Below, piece after piece: positions 48,709-59,103 of a stretch of DNA of 64,000 nucleotides. Location of the stretch: assembly GCA_024641335.1 (NCBI GenBank), contig JAHEDG010000005.1, positions 27,779-91,778 of the forward strand. Reading direction: 5' to 3'. Position 1 is the first letter of the stretch; each line of letters opens with the position of its first letter. The notes beneath the pieces were generated by a model, which saw nothing but the letters and a program-made list of their open reading frames with translations, made no database searches and was not told the DNA's origin. The stretch comes from Candidatus Zixiibacteriota bacterium. Its GTDB lineage: Bacteria > Zixibacteria > MSB-5A5 > UBA10806. Position numbers and translations under genes: made by a program.

Positions 48709-50782
48709 TCGACAACCTCACTGTTTTAATGCTCTCAACTTCTATGTTTGGAATTAATTCATTAAATGATATAACCGCGACTTTCGGCAGGGCGGCCGAG
48801 ATCAACCTCCTTAGGGCCAGCCTTACATTGGGACCGGCCAGCAATAGCGGCGTGTAACCGGCGATGGACATTTCCTCGGTCGTCTCGGAAATTTCGCCGA
48901 TTATCCGCTGGGCGATCTCCGGGGGCAATACTGCCAGGATCCCTTGCTTTGTGTTTTGTATGGATTCGCTTATCAGCTTCTCTATTTCGCCATCAAGAGT
49001 AGCCACTTTCATCTTCCCATCATCATTGATGTATAATGATGAGATCGACCGGGCCAGAGACTGACGGACGTATTCGGCCAATATGTCGGTTTCTTTGACA
49101 CTCGGAGCGTAATCGGCCAGCGTTTCTAAAATCGTTCCCAGATCCTTAATCGGAATTCTCTCGTCGAGAAGATTCTGCAATACATGCTGGATCTGCCCGA
49201 TATTCAATAGGCCGGGAATTAATTCATCGATTAAAGACTGATGGTCGGCCTTGATATTCTCGACCAGCTTGGAAACCTCCTGACGGGTCAAAAACTCCGC
49301 GGCGTGGGATTTGATAATCTCGGTCAGGTGAGTCGCCAGGACCGCCGTCGGCTCCACGACTGTATATCCCCGCTTCTCGGCGATTTGCCTCTGGTTTTCC
49401 TCGATCCAGATCGCCGGTAATTCGAACGCAGGCTCCGTAGTGGCCATCCCGGCAATCGGATTGGTGATGGTACCGGGGTTTATAGCCAGCAACTGACCAT
49501 GATAGAGTTCCGACGACGCCATACTGACGCCTCGGATCTTAATCTGATATTCATTGGGCCTTAATCCGACATTATCTCTTATTCTTATAGCCGGGACAAT
49601 AATCCCCAATTCGGCTGCTATTTGACGTCTAATAATTGAAATTCGGTCCAGCAGATCATTCCCTTGAGCGGAATTGACCAGCGGTATCAATCCATAGCCG
49701 ATTTCGACTTCCAGCGTATCGACCCTTAGAAAATCCTCGATTCTTTCCGGCGGAGCGGGAGCATCGCCTGCCGCCTCTTCGGCTTCATCTAATTCGGTTT
49801 TTATCGATTTCATCGCCGAATAAGCGATAACTCCGGTTACCCCTCCCAAAAGCATGAATGGCATCGTCGGCAGACCGGGAATCATCCCGAATAAAAAGAG
49901 CATGGCCGAGGCTACGAATATCGCTCTGGGATAAGTGGTTATCTGGCGGGTCAGGTCTTTTCCGAGGTTCGAATCCGAAGCCGCGCGGGTTACCAAAATA
50001 CCGGCTGACGTGGCGATAATCAGGGCCGGTATCTGGCTGACCAGGCCATCACCTACCGTTAGTATGGTATATGTTTTCAAGGCGTCGGTTATGGACATGC
50101 CCATTTGAACCGTGCCTATTATAAATCCGCCTATAACATTGATAATTGTGATTAAAATACCGGCGATAGCGTCGCCCCGAACGAACTTTGAGGCGCCATC
50201 CATAGCTCCGTGAAAATCGGCTTCCGCGGAGATCATCTCTCTGCGTTTCCGGGCAGCTTCCTCGGTGATAAGACCGGCGTTCAGATCGGCGTCGATAGCC
50301 ATCTGCTTCCCGGGCATGGCGTCCAGGGTAAAACGGGCCGCCACCTCGGCGATTCTGCCGGCGCCCTTGGTGATAACCACAAACTGAATAATCACCAGAA
50401 TGGCGAAAATGATAAATCCGACAACATAATTCCCGGCCACCACGAAATTCCCGAACGATTCGATAACCTCCCCTGCATAGGCGCTTCCCAGAATAAGCCT
50501 GGTGGAAGCCACGTTCAGAGATAGGCGAAATAGAGTCAGAATCAAAAGCAGACCGGGAAATACCGACAACTCCATCGGACGAGTGATATACATGGTCACC
50601 AGCAATACTACCAACGCCAGGGTGATATTAAAGGCCAGCAGGAAATCCAGAATAGTCGGAGGAAGCGGCAGAACCAGCAGCCCTATAATACCGACCAGCA
50701 TAACCGCCAAAACTATATCGGAATGCTTGGTGATTTTCAGGAGAAACGGCTGATTGCCGGTGGGATTTTCCGAAGGGGCCAT
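48698..50782 (-). CDS. flhA: Export gate protein FlhA
   Basis: LFRLSLNVASTRLIL, AEVAARFTLDAMPGKQMAIDADL, GAMDGASKFVRGD, GDGLVSQIP. Confidence 0.98.
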   Translation of the reverse strand: MAPSENPTGNQPFLLKITKHSDIVLAVMLVGIIGLLVLPLPPTILDFLLAFNITLALVVLLVTMYITRPMELSVFPGLLLILTLFRLSLNVASTRLILGSAYAGEVIESFGNFVVAGNYVVGFIIFAILVIIQFVVITKGAGRIAEVAARFTLDAMPGKQMAIDADLNAGLITEEAARKRREMISAEADFHGAMDGASKFVRGDAIAGILITIINVIGGFIIGTVQMGMSITDALKTYTILTVGDGLVSQIPALIIATSAGILVTRAASDSNLGKDLTRQITTYPRAIFVASAMLFLFGMIPGLPTMPFMLLGGVTGVIAYSAMKSIKTELDEAEEAAGDAPAPPERIEDFLRVDTLEVEIGYGLIPLVNSAQGNDLLDRISIIRRQIAAELGIIVPAIRIRDNVGLRPNEYQIKIRGVSMASSELYHGQLLAINPGTITNPIAGMATTEPAFELPAIWIEENQRQIAEKRGYTVVEPTAVLATHLTEIIKSHAAEFLTRQEVSKLVENIKADHQSLIDELIPGLLNIGQIQHVLQNLLDERIPIKDLGTILETLADYAPSVKETDILAEYVRQSLARSISSLYINDDGKMKVATLDGEIEKLISESIQNTKQGILAVLPPEIAQRIIGEISETTEEMSIAGYTPLLLAGPNVRLALRRLISAALPKVAVISFNELIPNIEVESIKTVRLSNGN

Positions 50783-51846
50783 TAGATATTGCCTTTCTCT
50801 TTATAGACATGGGCCAGTACCTCGGCCACTGCGCGGTAAAGCTTGGCCGGAATCTGCATACCGATCTCGGTCAATTCGAAAAGTGTTCGGGCCAATGGTT
50901 TGTTTTCCACGATCGGAATATTGAATTTTTTGGCCACTTCCTTTATTCTCTCTGCCACCAGTCTGGCTCCTTTGGCCACGACTGTGGGAGCGTCGTCTTT
51001 TTCCATATCATATCTGAGCGCCACGGCTATGTGAGTCGGGTTGGTGATAACCACGTCGGCGGTTTCCACCTCGCTGAGCATTCTCTTGCGGGACATCTCC
51101 CGCTGGATTCTTCTGATGCGCGATTTAATCTGCGGATCACCCTCATGCTCCTTGAACTCCTCCCTGATCTCCTGCTTGGTCATGCGAAGCCCTTTCTCAA
51201 ACTCATATTTCTGAAATGAGAAATCGAGAATGGCCAGAATAAGCAGGGCCAGCGATGCCCTCAGACCTATTTTCAGGGTCACTCCGGCGCCAAACTTGAG
51301 AGTCTGGGCCAGATCCTTATCCGCCAGATTAAAAATATCAGGCAGTTCCGATTTTATAGTCATGTAGGCGATGATTCCTATTATGGAGATCTTTATAATA
51401 TCCCTGAGCAGTTCGACGGCGGTTTTCTTGGAAAATATTTTCTTGGCTCCCTTGGTAAAATCGAATCTCTCGGCTTTGGGAGTGATCGGCTCCAATGTGA
51501 AATTGGCCCCGACCTGAACAAAATTGATAATTATGCCGGTAACCATCAACACAATCATGACCGGCAGCACGGTCTGAAGAATCCTCAAGCCGTTTTCGGC
51601 GAAAATCTGCCTGGCCATCAACGGCGTAATATCGAAGTTGGGAATTAAGTTGAAATTGGAGATGAATCCGTCGACCATCTGCTGATAGATCCAGCCCGAA
51701 AAAAAAGAAAGTGACAGCATTCCGAAAAACAGAATAGCCACCGAATTCAACTCGGCCGATTTGGCTACCTGCCCCCGCTTGCGTGCGTCTTCCTGCCGCT
51801 TCGGAGTTGCCTGTTCTGATTTTTCCTGGTATGACGAATCCGACAA
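50782..51846 (-). CDS. flhB: Export specificity protein FlhB (TTG start)
   Basis: EKSEQATPKR..DAR.RGQV, MTKQEIREE, EGDPQIK, NPTH autocleavage site. Confidence 0.97.
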   Translation of the reverse strand: MSDSSYQEKSEQATPKRQEDARKRGQVAKSAELNSVAILFFGMLSLSFFSGWIYQQMVDGFISNFNLIPNFDITPLMARQIFAENGLRILQTVLPVMIVLMVTGIIINFVQVGANFTLEPITPKAERFDFTKGAKKIFSKKTAVELLRDIIKISIIGIIAYMTIKSELPDIFNLADKDLAQTLKFGAGVTLKIGLRASLALLILAILDFSFQKYEFEKGLRMTKQEIREEFKEHEGDPQIKSRIRRIQREMSRKRMLSEVETADVVITNPTHIAVALRYDMEKDDAPTVVAKGARLVAERIKEVAKKFNIPIVENKPLARTLFELTEIGMQIPAKLYRAVAEVLAHVYKEKGNI

Positions 51847-52635
51847 TTATAATCTCCCCGATAATGCGACCATGAGCTCCGTGAGATTCCTGTCCATGCC
51901 GTGCATCAGCTTGGTGAATACATAACTGATAAAGGGAAACGATACCGCCATGGCCATGAAACCGCCGGCGATCTTGAGAGGAAATCCTACTATAAAGACG
52001 TTCATCTGGGGTACAGTGCGAGCGATTATTCCCAGGGCAACGTCGGTTAAAAACAGGGTTATCACCATCGGCGCGCCTATCTTGATGGCTATCGCAAAGA
52101 TGTCCACACAAATTCTCATAATCATATCCGTAGGCACTCCGCCCAGGCTCATTTCTCCGATCGGGACTATATTGAAACTTCCGGCTACCGCGTTGATAAT
52201 CAAATGATGACCGTCCACCGCCAGGAATATCAGAAGAGCCAGAATAAACTGAAACTGACCTAAAAGAGATACCTGCTGGCCGCTCGATGGGTCAATAACC
52301 TGGGCCACCATAAAGCCCATCTGAAAACCCATGATATGCCCGGCCATTTGCACCCCCATGAAGAGCACGGACGCCGAAAAACCGAGAATCAAACCCATAA
52401 CCACTTCCTTGACCGCCACTGAAAAAATCGAGCCGAGGCTGGCCGATATCTCGATTTGCGGAGCCGGAACAACCGGCAGGAGTACCAAAGTCAGCAAACC
52501 GGCAAAACCGATTTTGATGACATTAGGGATATTTCTGTGTCCGAAAAGGGGGGCTATAACCATTATTCCGCTCACACGAAGCAGGATGAACAGAAATTTC
52601 TCAAATTGCATTGCTGAAAAGTCGAGTATCGGCAT
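51847..52635 (-). CDS. fliR: Export apparatus FliR
   Basis: RVSGIM..AP.F, AG..MGFQMG, DGHH, RTVPQMNVF.VGFPLKI. Start set at MPILD, downstream of the sigma54 promoter. Confidence 0.95.
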   Translation of the reverse strand: MPILDFSAMQFEKFLFILLRVSGIMVIAPLFGHRNIPNVIKIGFAGLLTLVLLPVVPAPQIEISASLGSIFSVAVKEVVMGLILGFSASVLFMGVQMAGHIMGFQMGFMVAQVIDPSSGQQVSLLGQFQFILALLIFLAVDGHHLIINAVAGSFNIVPIGEMSLGGVPTDMIMRICVDIFAIAIKIGAPMVITLFLTDVALGIIARTVPQMNVFIVGFPLKIAGGFMAMAVSFPFISYVFTKLMHGMDRNLTELMVALSGRL

Positions 52636-52666
52636 TAATTTACATTCCCTTCCGGATATCATCTAA

Positions 52667-52682
52667 AGCAAGCCCTGTGCCG
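52667..52682 (-). promoter_or_regulatory. Sigma54 promoter of the fliR-flhBAF-flhG-fliA operon
   Basis: CGGCACAGGGCTTGCT, near consensus; IHF-like sites at 52709-52721 and 52721-52733. Confidence 0.88.
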
Positions 52683-52814
52683 TCAATCAGGCTGATTATG
52701 GAAAGTTGTAAGGTGTTGGTAATCTATTGGTTACGATATTATTCGAATTTTCCGGATTGGTCTGTGCCAATTAAATGGGAAAAATATTCCCACCCTGCAC
52801 TAAAAAAGTACCCT

Positions 52815-53084
52815 CTATCCCGGTAGTGCCGGAATAATGGCGAATATCTGGCTGGTGAAATTGACCACAGTAGTGATCATCCAGGGCAGAAAAATCACCA
52901 ATGCTATGGCTACTCCGAATATTTTTGGTATAAACGTCAAGGTCATTTCCTGTATTTGGGTAATGGCCTGCAGTAGAGATATCGACAGCCCGACGACCAG
53001 AGCCAGCAGAAGCATCGGCGCTGAAACCAGCAAAGTCGTGTATATCGAGCTTCTGGCTATTTCCACCACAAATTGGGTGTCCAC
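52815..53084 (-). CDS. fliQ: Export apparatus FliQ (GTG start)
   Basis: GLSISLLQAITQIQEMTLTFIPKI, PWM. Confidence 0.97.
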   Translation of the reverse strand: MDTQFVVEIARSSIYTTLLVSAPMLLLALVVGLSISLLQAITQIQEMTLTFIPKIFGVAIALVIFLPWMITTVVNFTSQIFAIIPALPG

Positions 53085-53159
53085 GAAATACTCTCCCCGG
53101 TTAAATTGTGCTTTCCAAAAAGATCATAAATATAATTTCACGCTCCACGCGATCAGGCA

Positions 53160-53909
53160 TTAATGAAAACTGGCCACAATCGATTTGACTATCAGGTACC
53201 AGCCGTCGACCAGCACGAAAAGAAGAATCTTAAACGGCAGCGAAACCATAATCGGCGGCAGCATCAGCATACCCATAGACATAAGCACCGAGGCTACAAC
53301 CATATCGATTACCAAAAACGGGATATAAAGCAGAAAACCGATCTGAAAAGCGATTCTAAATTCTGAAATCACGAATCCCGGAACAATCAAATGTATCGGA
53401 AGATCATCCTGCGTTTCAGGCTGTGGGATATTTGAAAGTGATACAAACAGCGCCAGATCCTTTTCCCTGACCTGTCTTAGCATAAATTCTCTAAGCGGTT
53501 TAATGCCGGCTTCAAAAGCCTCGGTCTGATTTATCTCGCCCGCCATATACGGTTGGACGGCGGTTTTGTTAATCGTTTCGATAGCCGGAGCCATTACGAA
53601 TGCCGTCAGGATCAGCGCCATACCTATCAGGAGCTGATTGGGAGGCATCTGATGAGTTCCCACCGCCTGTCTCAAAAATGAAAAAACCACTACAATCCTT
53701 ATAAACGATGTCAGCATTATAATTATCGCCGGAGCCAGCGTCAGAACGGTCAGAAGTATTAGTATCTGCAGGGCCACCGACATCTCTTCAGGCGAGTCGG
53801 CCTTATCGAGCTGGATGGTGATCTTCGGCACTCCCTGAGCCATCGCCTGATCTGGGACCATCATCAGTATGACTGCTGCCATGCCGATAATAACCAAAAA
53901 GGTTTTCAT
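53160..53909 (-). CDS. fliP: Export apparatus FliP
   Basis: TSFIRIVVV, PPNQ, AFQIGF, PF.VID, MGMLMLPP, LPFKILLFVLVDGW. Confidence 0.98.
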   Translation of the reverse strand: MKTFLVIIGMAAVILMMVPDQAMAQGVPKITIQLDKADSPEEMSVALQILILLTVLTLAPAIIIMLTSFIRIVVVFSFLRQAVGTHQMPPNQLLIGMALILTAFVMAPAIETINKTAVQPYMAGEINQTEAFEAGIKPLREFMLRQVREKDLALFVSLSNIPQPETQDDLPIHLIVPGFVISEFRIAFQIGFLLYIPFLVIDMVVASVLMSMGMLMLPPIMVSLPFKILLFVLVDGWYLIVKSIVASFH

Positions 53910-54379
53910 TGCCTGATTATCCCTTTTAGTATCTCGGCGAATCTGCCGCCTGATGATTCGATCCCGGTCTTGTTCGGCAGGTTTTCGAGCTTGTGGGCTT
54001 CTTCATCGTCAAGCTGGCTGATCATATTTATGCTGCTCTCGGTAGCGCCGAGCACGCTGTACTTCCCCCCGATCTTCACCAGGTACAGGATCTGTTTAGG
54101 AGAAAGATATGTCCGGCCGATTATTTTTATGGTATCGCCTATCGCCCCGCCCCCTGAAACCCGTCCGTTCAGTTTTTTGAAAAGATAAGTAAACAGGTAG
54201 ATCAAGCCGACAATCAACACCATCGAGATAATCAATTTCACGACTATCCCGAACAAAGACGGTGAATAATTAAATTCCGGAAGAACCGCTGTCGAATCCG
54301 GAGATGATGTCTGAGCGAGAACACTGCCCGACATTAGCGAACCAAAGAATATCGCTGTTTTTACTACGCCCCATTTCAT
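53906..54379 (-). CDS. fliO: FliO/FliZ export chaperone
   Basis: TM helix, IKII.R..L.PKQ.LYLVKIG..Y.VLG.T...I; between fliN and fliP. Confidence 0.88.
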   Translation of the reverse strand: MKWGVVKTAIFFGSLMSGSVLAQTSSPDSTAVLPEFNYSPSLFGIVVKLIISMVLIVGLIYLFTYLFKKLNGRVSGGGAIGDTIKIIGRTYLSPKQILYLVKIGGKYSVLGATESSINMISQLDDEEAHKLENLPNKTGIESSGGRFAEILKGIIRQ

Positions 54380-55035
54380 CCTAAACTCTTAATTCTCTCT
54401 TCCTGAGATACCATCGATGTTACCCTGATTCCGAAATTCTCGTCAACCACCACCACCTCGCCTTTAGCGATAAGCTTGTTGTTGACAAGTAAATCCACCG
54501 GCTCTCCGGCCAGCCTGTTGAGTTCGACCACCGAACCGGGACCCAGATTCAGGATATCCTGGATCGGCATGGAAGTTCTGCCCAGTTCTATTGAGATCGG
54601 CAGAGTAACATCCAAAAGCATATTAATATTCTGAGCTTCGCCGGACGCGATATCGTCGGAAAGCTGATCAAAATCCTTAACTCTGACCGTGCTCATATTT
54701 TCATGAGTGCTATTCTGGTTTACTTCTGCCGGCGCCCTGGTCGGAGCTGGCTGGCTGACCGGTGGCGGTTCAGGAGAAGCCGCGACATCCTGAGAGTTAT
54801 CCTCGCTCGGTTCCTCGTCATAACTGCCCGTACCGTTTTCTCCCCTGAACGCCGCCTCGATCTCCTCCTGCGAAAGCTCTACCGAATCGTCCATGGACGG
54901 TTCCTTGATATCGTCCGGGCCGGTTCCCTGGACAGATTCGGAATCATCCGATGCTTCCGGCAAATCTCCGGGCGCCCCGTTTAGGGCATCGTCGGACATA
55001 TCCGAGTTTTCGTTATTGAGTTCTTCATCTGGCAT
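54376..55035 (-). CDS. fliN: C-ring protein FliN with an acidic N-terminal extension
   Basis: NINMLLDV...IELGRT, GSVVELNRLAGEPVD, AKGEVVVVDENFGIRVT. Confidence 0.95.
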   Translation of the reverse strand: MPDEELNNENSDMSDDALNGAPGDLPEASDDSESVQGTGPDDIKEPSMDDSVELSQEEIEAAFRGENGTGSYDEEPSEDNSQDVAASPEPPPVSQPAPTRAPAEVNQNSTHENMSTVRVKDFDQLSDDIASGEAQNINMLLDVTLPISIELGRTSMPIQDILNLGPGSVVELNRLAGEPVDLLVNNKLIAKGEVVVVDENFGIRVTSMVSQEERIKSLG

Positions 55036-55047
55036 GATAGTCCCCCG

Positions 55048-56025
55048 CTATTGAAAATTGGTTATCTTTACCGCTTTGTTATGTCCCACTTTGCCTGGCT
55101 GTGCCTGGAATTTCATTCTATCTCCTACCAGCAAAGTAATATCTTCGTTCTCGCTCAAATCGAGCCTGATAACATCCCCGCTTCTAAGCCGAAGCAGTTC
55201 CTTGATAGTTATATCGGTTCGGCCAAGAATAGCTATCAGCTGAGTGGTCACTCCGGAAAGCTCTATTGCGTTTTTCTCGGCGCGGTTATGGTCATCTCCT
55301 TTTTTCCTGGCTTCGATCCAGTGCTGGGCCGATAGTTTATCCATAATAGATTCTAGAGTCAGATATGGATAGCATACTGTTATCAGGCCTGACGCCGAAA
55401 GCATCTTGATCTGAAGAGATACTACTATTACAGTTTCCCCCGGAGGTACGATTTGAATAAACTGAGGGTTGCTTTCGAAAGCCGACTGAGTGAATTCCAT
55501 CTTCTCGACATGCTCCCAGGCCCTGGATAAACCCTGAAACGCCCTGCTGATTATCTTGGACATGATCGATTTCTCGATCCCGGTCAATTCCCTTTCGGTA
55601 TTTAAAGCCTTCCCCCGGCCGCCGAACATCCTGTCTACGAATGAAAAGGCGATCGACGGATTAAAATCCAATATCCCCGCCCCCTCCAGCGGATCAAGCG
55701 AGAATACGTATGTACACGAGGGAGTGGCCAATGACATGACGAACTCCGAGTAGGTTATCTGATCAACCGATATGAGATCCACGTCCACAACCGATCTGGT
55801 GAATGTGGAAAGGGTCGAGCCGAATTGGTTGGCGAAGTTGTCGTGGATCGATTCCAGCGAACGCAGCTGATCCTTGGAAACCCGGTTGGGATGCTTAAAA
55901 TCGTATAGAAGAGCCTTGCGTGCGCCCTCTACCCGAGAAGGCGCCTCGACAGTTTCGACCGGCTCCGCTGTCTGTACATTAGAAAGTAGAGCGTCGATTT
56001 CGTCTTGTGAAAGTACCTGTGCCAT
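55048..56025 (-). CDS. fliM: C-ring protein FliM
   Basis: VLSQDEIDALL, YDFKHPNRVSKDQLR, RELTGIE, ESNPQF, GDVIRL. Confidence 0.97.
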   Translation of the reverse strand: MAQVLSQDEIDALLSNVQTAEPVETVEAPSRVEGARKALLYDFKHPNRVSKDQLRSLESIHDNFANQFGSTLSTFTRSVVDVDLISVDQITYSEFVMSLATPSCTYVFSLDPLEGAGILDFNPSIAFSFVDRMFGGRGKALNTERELTGIEKSIMSKIISRAFQGLSRAWEHVEKMEFTQSAFESNPQFIQIVPPGETVIVVSLQIKMLSASGLITVCYPYLTLESIMDKLSAQHWIEARKKGDDHNRAEKNAIELSGVTTQLIAILGRTDITIKELLRLRSGDVIRLDLSENEDITLLVGDRMKFQAQPGKVGHNKAVKITNFQ

Positions 56026-56027
56026 AA

Positions 56028-56582
56028 TTATTGCAGAACGTAGTCCACGAAATAAATCCGGTAAACTGAATCCGGTTTGATCGCGGTATTCACGTTTGTC
56101 AGGATCTCCTCCCTGAGCTTTTCTTTCCCTTCGATTGAACTTAATTGATCCATTGTCTTAGATGTCAATAAGGCGATCAGCACATCACGGATTACGGGGG
56201 TCACACTTTCCAGGCCGGCTTCATGACCTTTCTCTTTCGATACCTTATACTCCAGCCCTATCGAGGTCGATAGATATCTGGTGCCGTTGGTACCGGCGGG
56301 ATTGACTACGATATCGTCAATCATATGAATCTTGCTGTCTCCCCGCTCCGGGGCCGCGTTTTCTTCGACCGGCATTCCCGACGCCAACTGCAGCCGCGGC
56401 GTCAGGTATGACCTGACGAAAAAGAACGCTCCAACTGCCATAACTATCTGCATTGCCGCCATAATCAGGAGCATACTTAGTAAACCTCCCGATTTCTTGG
56501 GACCATCCGCTTTCGCGCCGATTTCCTCGTCGAGAGGCTCGCCGATATCGTCCATTTGTGATGCCGTAGCGGTATCAGGCAT
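56028..56582 (-). CDS. fliL: Basal-body associated protein FliL
   Basis: TM helix, IVVNP....RYL, IRD.LI.LL.SKT, EGKEKLREEI, IYF.DYVLQ. Confidence 0.93.
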   Translation of the reverse strand: MPDTATASQMDDIGEPLDEEIGAKADGPKKSGGLLSMLLIMAAMQIVMAVGAFFFVRSYLTPRLQLASGMPVEENAAPERGDSKIHMIDDIVVNPAGTNGTRYLSTSIGLEYKVSKEKGHEAGLESVTPVIRDVLIALLTSKTMDQLSSIEGKEKLREEILTNVNTAIKPDSVYRIYFVDYVLQ

Positions 56583-56663
56583 ATCTCACCTGTCTTTCTC
56601 CGAACCGATTAGTTCTTCGGTTTTCAATCAAGTTTAGTTTTTTATTTTTCATCATTTTATCCG

Positions 56664-56692
56664 GGCCGGAGGGAATCGAATTCCCCCCGGCC
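56664..56692 (-). other. Strong hairpin directly after the flgE stop, without a U-tract (mRNA stability or processing element?)
   Basis: GGCCGGGGGGAAT-TCG-ATTCCCTCCGGCC, 13-bp stem followed by A-rich sequence. Confidence 0.55.
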
Positions 56693-56700
56693 TGTCAGGT

Positions 56701-59004
56701 CTAACTCTTAAGGTTAACCAGTTCGTTCAGCATAGCGTCCGAGGTTGTGATAACCCGGGCGTTCGCCTGAAATCCGCGCTGGGATACGATCATATTGGTG
56801 AATTCCTGAGCTAAGTCCACATTGGATATTTCGAGAGCGCCCGACGAAATTGTCGATGATGTCGTCTCCCCCGGAATATTCATAATGGCCGCGCCGGTGT
56901 TGGCCGACTCCTGGTAAAGGTTATTGCCGGCCTTCAAAAGGCCGCCGTTGTTGTTGAATTCGGCGACATATATCTGCGCCAATACCCTCGATACGCCGTT
57001 GGTGAATATACCGGTAATCGTCCCGCGGGGATCGATGCTGATATTGGAAAGAATACCCATCCCGTAACCGTCCTGACTGCGAGCGGCAGCCGTGGAGCTG
57101 GATGCGAAACCGGTCAACCCGTCAAATCCCCCGGAAGTCCCGGCAAAGAGCTGGATACTCATATCCAGAGCCCCGTTGTCCGGATCGATATTCAATGAGG
57201 AAACTCCTCCATTATAATCGAAAGAACTTAACGAACCATCAGGATTGAAATTGGCCGTGCCAGTGCCGCCCGAACGGACTATTTCGCCTTGCGCAAGCGA
57301 AGCTTCCCAAAACCATTGGTTCGGCAGCCATGATTTGGTAAAGGTAATGGTCAGATTGTGTTTGCCGCCCTGCGAATCATAGGCCGCTATCGACGTGGAA
57401 TGCTGGGTTTCTTCGGTATCGATTACCAGCATCGATGAGGTCAGCGGACCTGTGCCGTCGGGATCTCCGATCAATCCGCCGTTACCGGCTGATATGGTGA
57501 CACCGCCACCGCCCAGTTCGCTGATACCCGTGACAATGCCCGTATTGGGATTGAAAACCAGGTCGAGAATCTCCGGGGCTAGCGACGGACGATTGGTAGG
57601 CGTAAATACATCGGTAGCTATCAGCGTAGACGCCGAACCGTTATTGACATTGAATAGGCCCGATCCGAAAACCTGGCCGGCTACGTCCGATGTGCCGGTA
57701 TCCTCGAAGACTACGTTATAGACCGAGGCGCTGCCGGCGTAATTCCTCTTGATATGAATCTCGCCGCTATCCAGCGACGCGGTGAGACCTTGCGCGTTGG
57801 AATTGATGGCTGATATTAACTCGTCTATTGTCGATGTCAGCGACAGCTGGGGCAGCGTTATCCAGGCTCCGCCATCGACTCTCATTCTGAATCCGTTGAC
57901 ATCGGTTACTCCCAGAGACGAAAGCTGATTTCCTCCGGAAAGAGATAATGTAGTGTTGATAGACGGAGGAGGAACACCGTCTCCGCTGATCAACCCGTCA
58001 TCAGTCCATAAAAGCGGACCGGGCGCGGCATAAGCCATTTCGCTCAAACGGCCCCCAAGAACACCTTCATACGTTCCGCCCGCCGTTCTGCGATAGACTC
58101 TTATCGAGGTGACATCGGGATCGGCATAATTGACCGTCAAATCGATCGAACCGCTAGCCGGTACTCCAACCACGTTGATCTCCTGACCAATCGATTCGCC
58201 CAACGAGTTGATCGCTATTACCGTATAGACATAGTCACCGGCCGGAAGAGTACCTGTCCCCGCGCCGCCAACCGCCGTACCTATATCGGCGACTACAACG
58301 TCATCCAGAACCATAGCATGAGACCCGGAAAGCTCCGAGAAACGGGCGTTATCACCCAGGATTGTTATATCATGCTGCCCGCCGGAACCGTTGGTGGCTC
58401 TACCCGATACCGATGTGATATTAGATGTTCCGGCCGAAACGAGCGATGCTGTCGAATCAGTAGCCGCGGCGTTTAGGTTCATTCCCAATTGGATCTCTGT
58501 TGTCATTCTGGCCGGGTCCTGCTGGCCGAATGGAAGAGTTACATTCCCAATTGCCGCGTTAGCCGGGATGGTTCCGTCGACATCAGCCATTTTACCCTGC
58601 AGAACAAGTCCAGTGGATGGGCTGACCATATTGGAATCGGCGTCAAAACCGAACGCTCCGGCTCTGGTGTAATATTCCTGCTGACCGTCGGAAACAACAA
58701 AGAACGCCGAACCCTGAATCGCCAGATCAGTCACCTGGCCGGTGGTCTCCAGACCTCCCTGCAAAAATAGGTTGTCTACGGTGGCCACACTCATACCCAG
58801 TCCCAATTGAAGCGGGTTGGTTCCGCCCGACGTGCTTGACGGACGTCCCGCGCCGCGCAATGTCTGCACCAACGCTTCCTGAAATGTGGTACGCCCGGAT
58901 TTATATCCGATTGTGTTGACGTTCGCGATATTATCGCCGACTACATTCATCCTGACCTGGTGATTCTTCAGGCCGCTGACGCCGGCGAAAAGTGATGCCA
59001 TCAT
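56701..59004 (-). CDS. flgE: Flagellar hook protein (large, 767 aa)
   Basis: SLFAGVSGL, NIANVNTIGYK, DLAIQG, YTRAGAF, YDSQG..H, GALEISNVDLAQEFTNMIVSQRGFQAN. Confidence 0.97.
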   Translation of the reverse strand: MMASLFAGVSGLKNHQVRMNVVGDNIANVNTIGYKSGRTTFQEALVQTLRGAGRPSSTSGGTNPLQLGLGMSVATVDNLFLQGGLETTGQVTDLAIQGSAFFVVSDGQQEYYTRAGAFGFDADSNMVSPSTGLVLQGKMADVDGTIPANAAIGNVTLPFGQQDPARMTTEIQLGMNLNAAATDSTASLVSAGTSNITSVSGRATNGSGGQHDITILGDNARFSELSGSHAMVLDDVVVADIGTAVGGAGTGTLPAGDYVYTVIAINSLGESIGQEINVVGVPASGSIDLTVNYADPDVTSIRVYRRTAGGTYEGVLGGRLSEMAYAAPGPLLWTDDGLISGDGVPPPSINTTLSLSGGNQLSSLGVTDVNGFRMRVDGGAWITLPQLSLTSTIDELISAINSNAQGLTASLDSGEIHIKRNYAGSASVYNVVFEDTGTSDVAGQVFGSGLFNVNNGSASTLIATDVFTPTNRPSLAPEILDLVFNPNTGIVTGISELGGGGVTISAGNGGLIGDPDGTGPLTSSMLVIDTEETQHSTSIAAYDSQGGKHNLTITFTKSWLPNQWFWEASLAQGEIVRSGGTGTANFNPDGSLSSFDYNGGVSSLNIDPDNGALDMSIQLFAGTSGGFDGLTGFASSSTAAARSQDGYGMGILSNISIDPRGTITGIFTNGVSRVLAQIYVAEFNNNGGLLKAGNNLYQESANTGAAIMNIPGETTSSTISSGALEISNVDLAQEFTNMIVSQRGFQANARVITTSDAMLNELVNLKS

Positions 59005-59103
59005 ATTGAAATCCCTCCTGACCGCGGGCCTCTGGCCATCGCGGCAAACCGCGCCGATAAGACACGGGTAATGGCTCCCCCTGACGGGGTCCAGCCGTTG
59101 TTA

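Noticed and set aside
51338..52111. 257-aa alternative-frame ORF spanning fliR/flhB, considered as a frameshift fusion
   Set aside because: fliR and flhB are each intact, and the alternative frame has no protein-like motifs.
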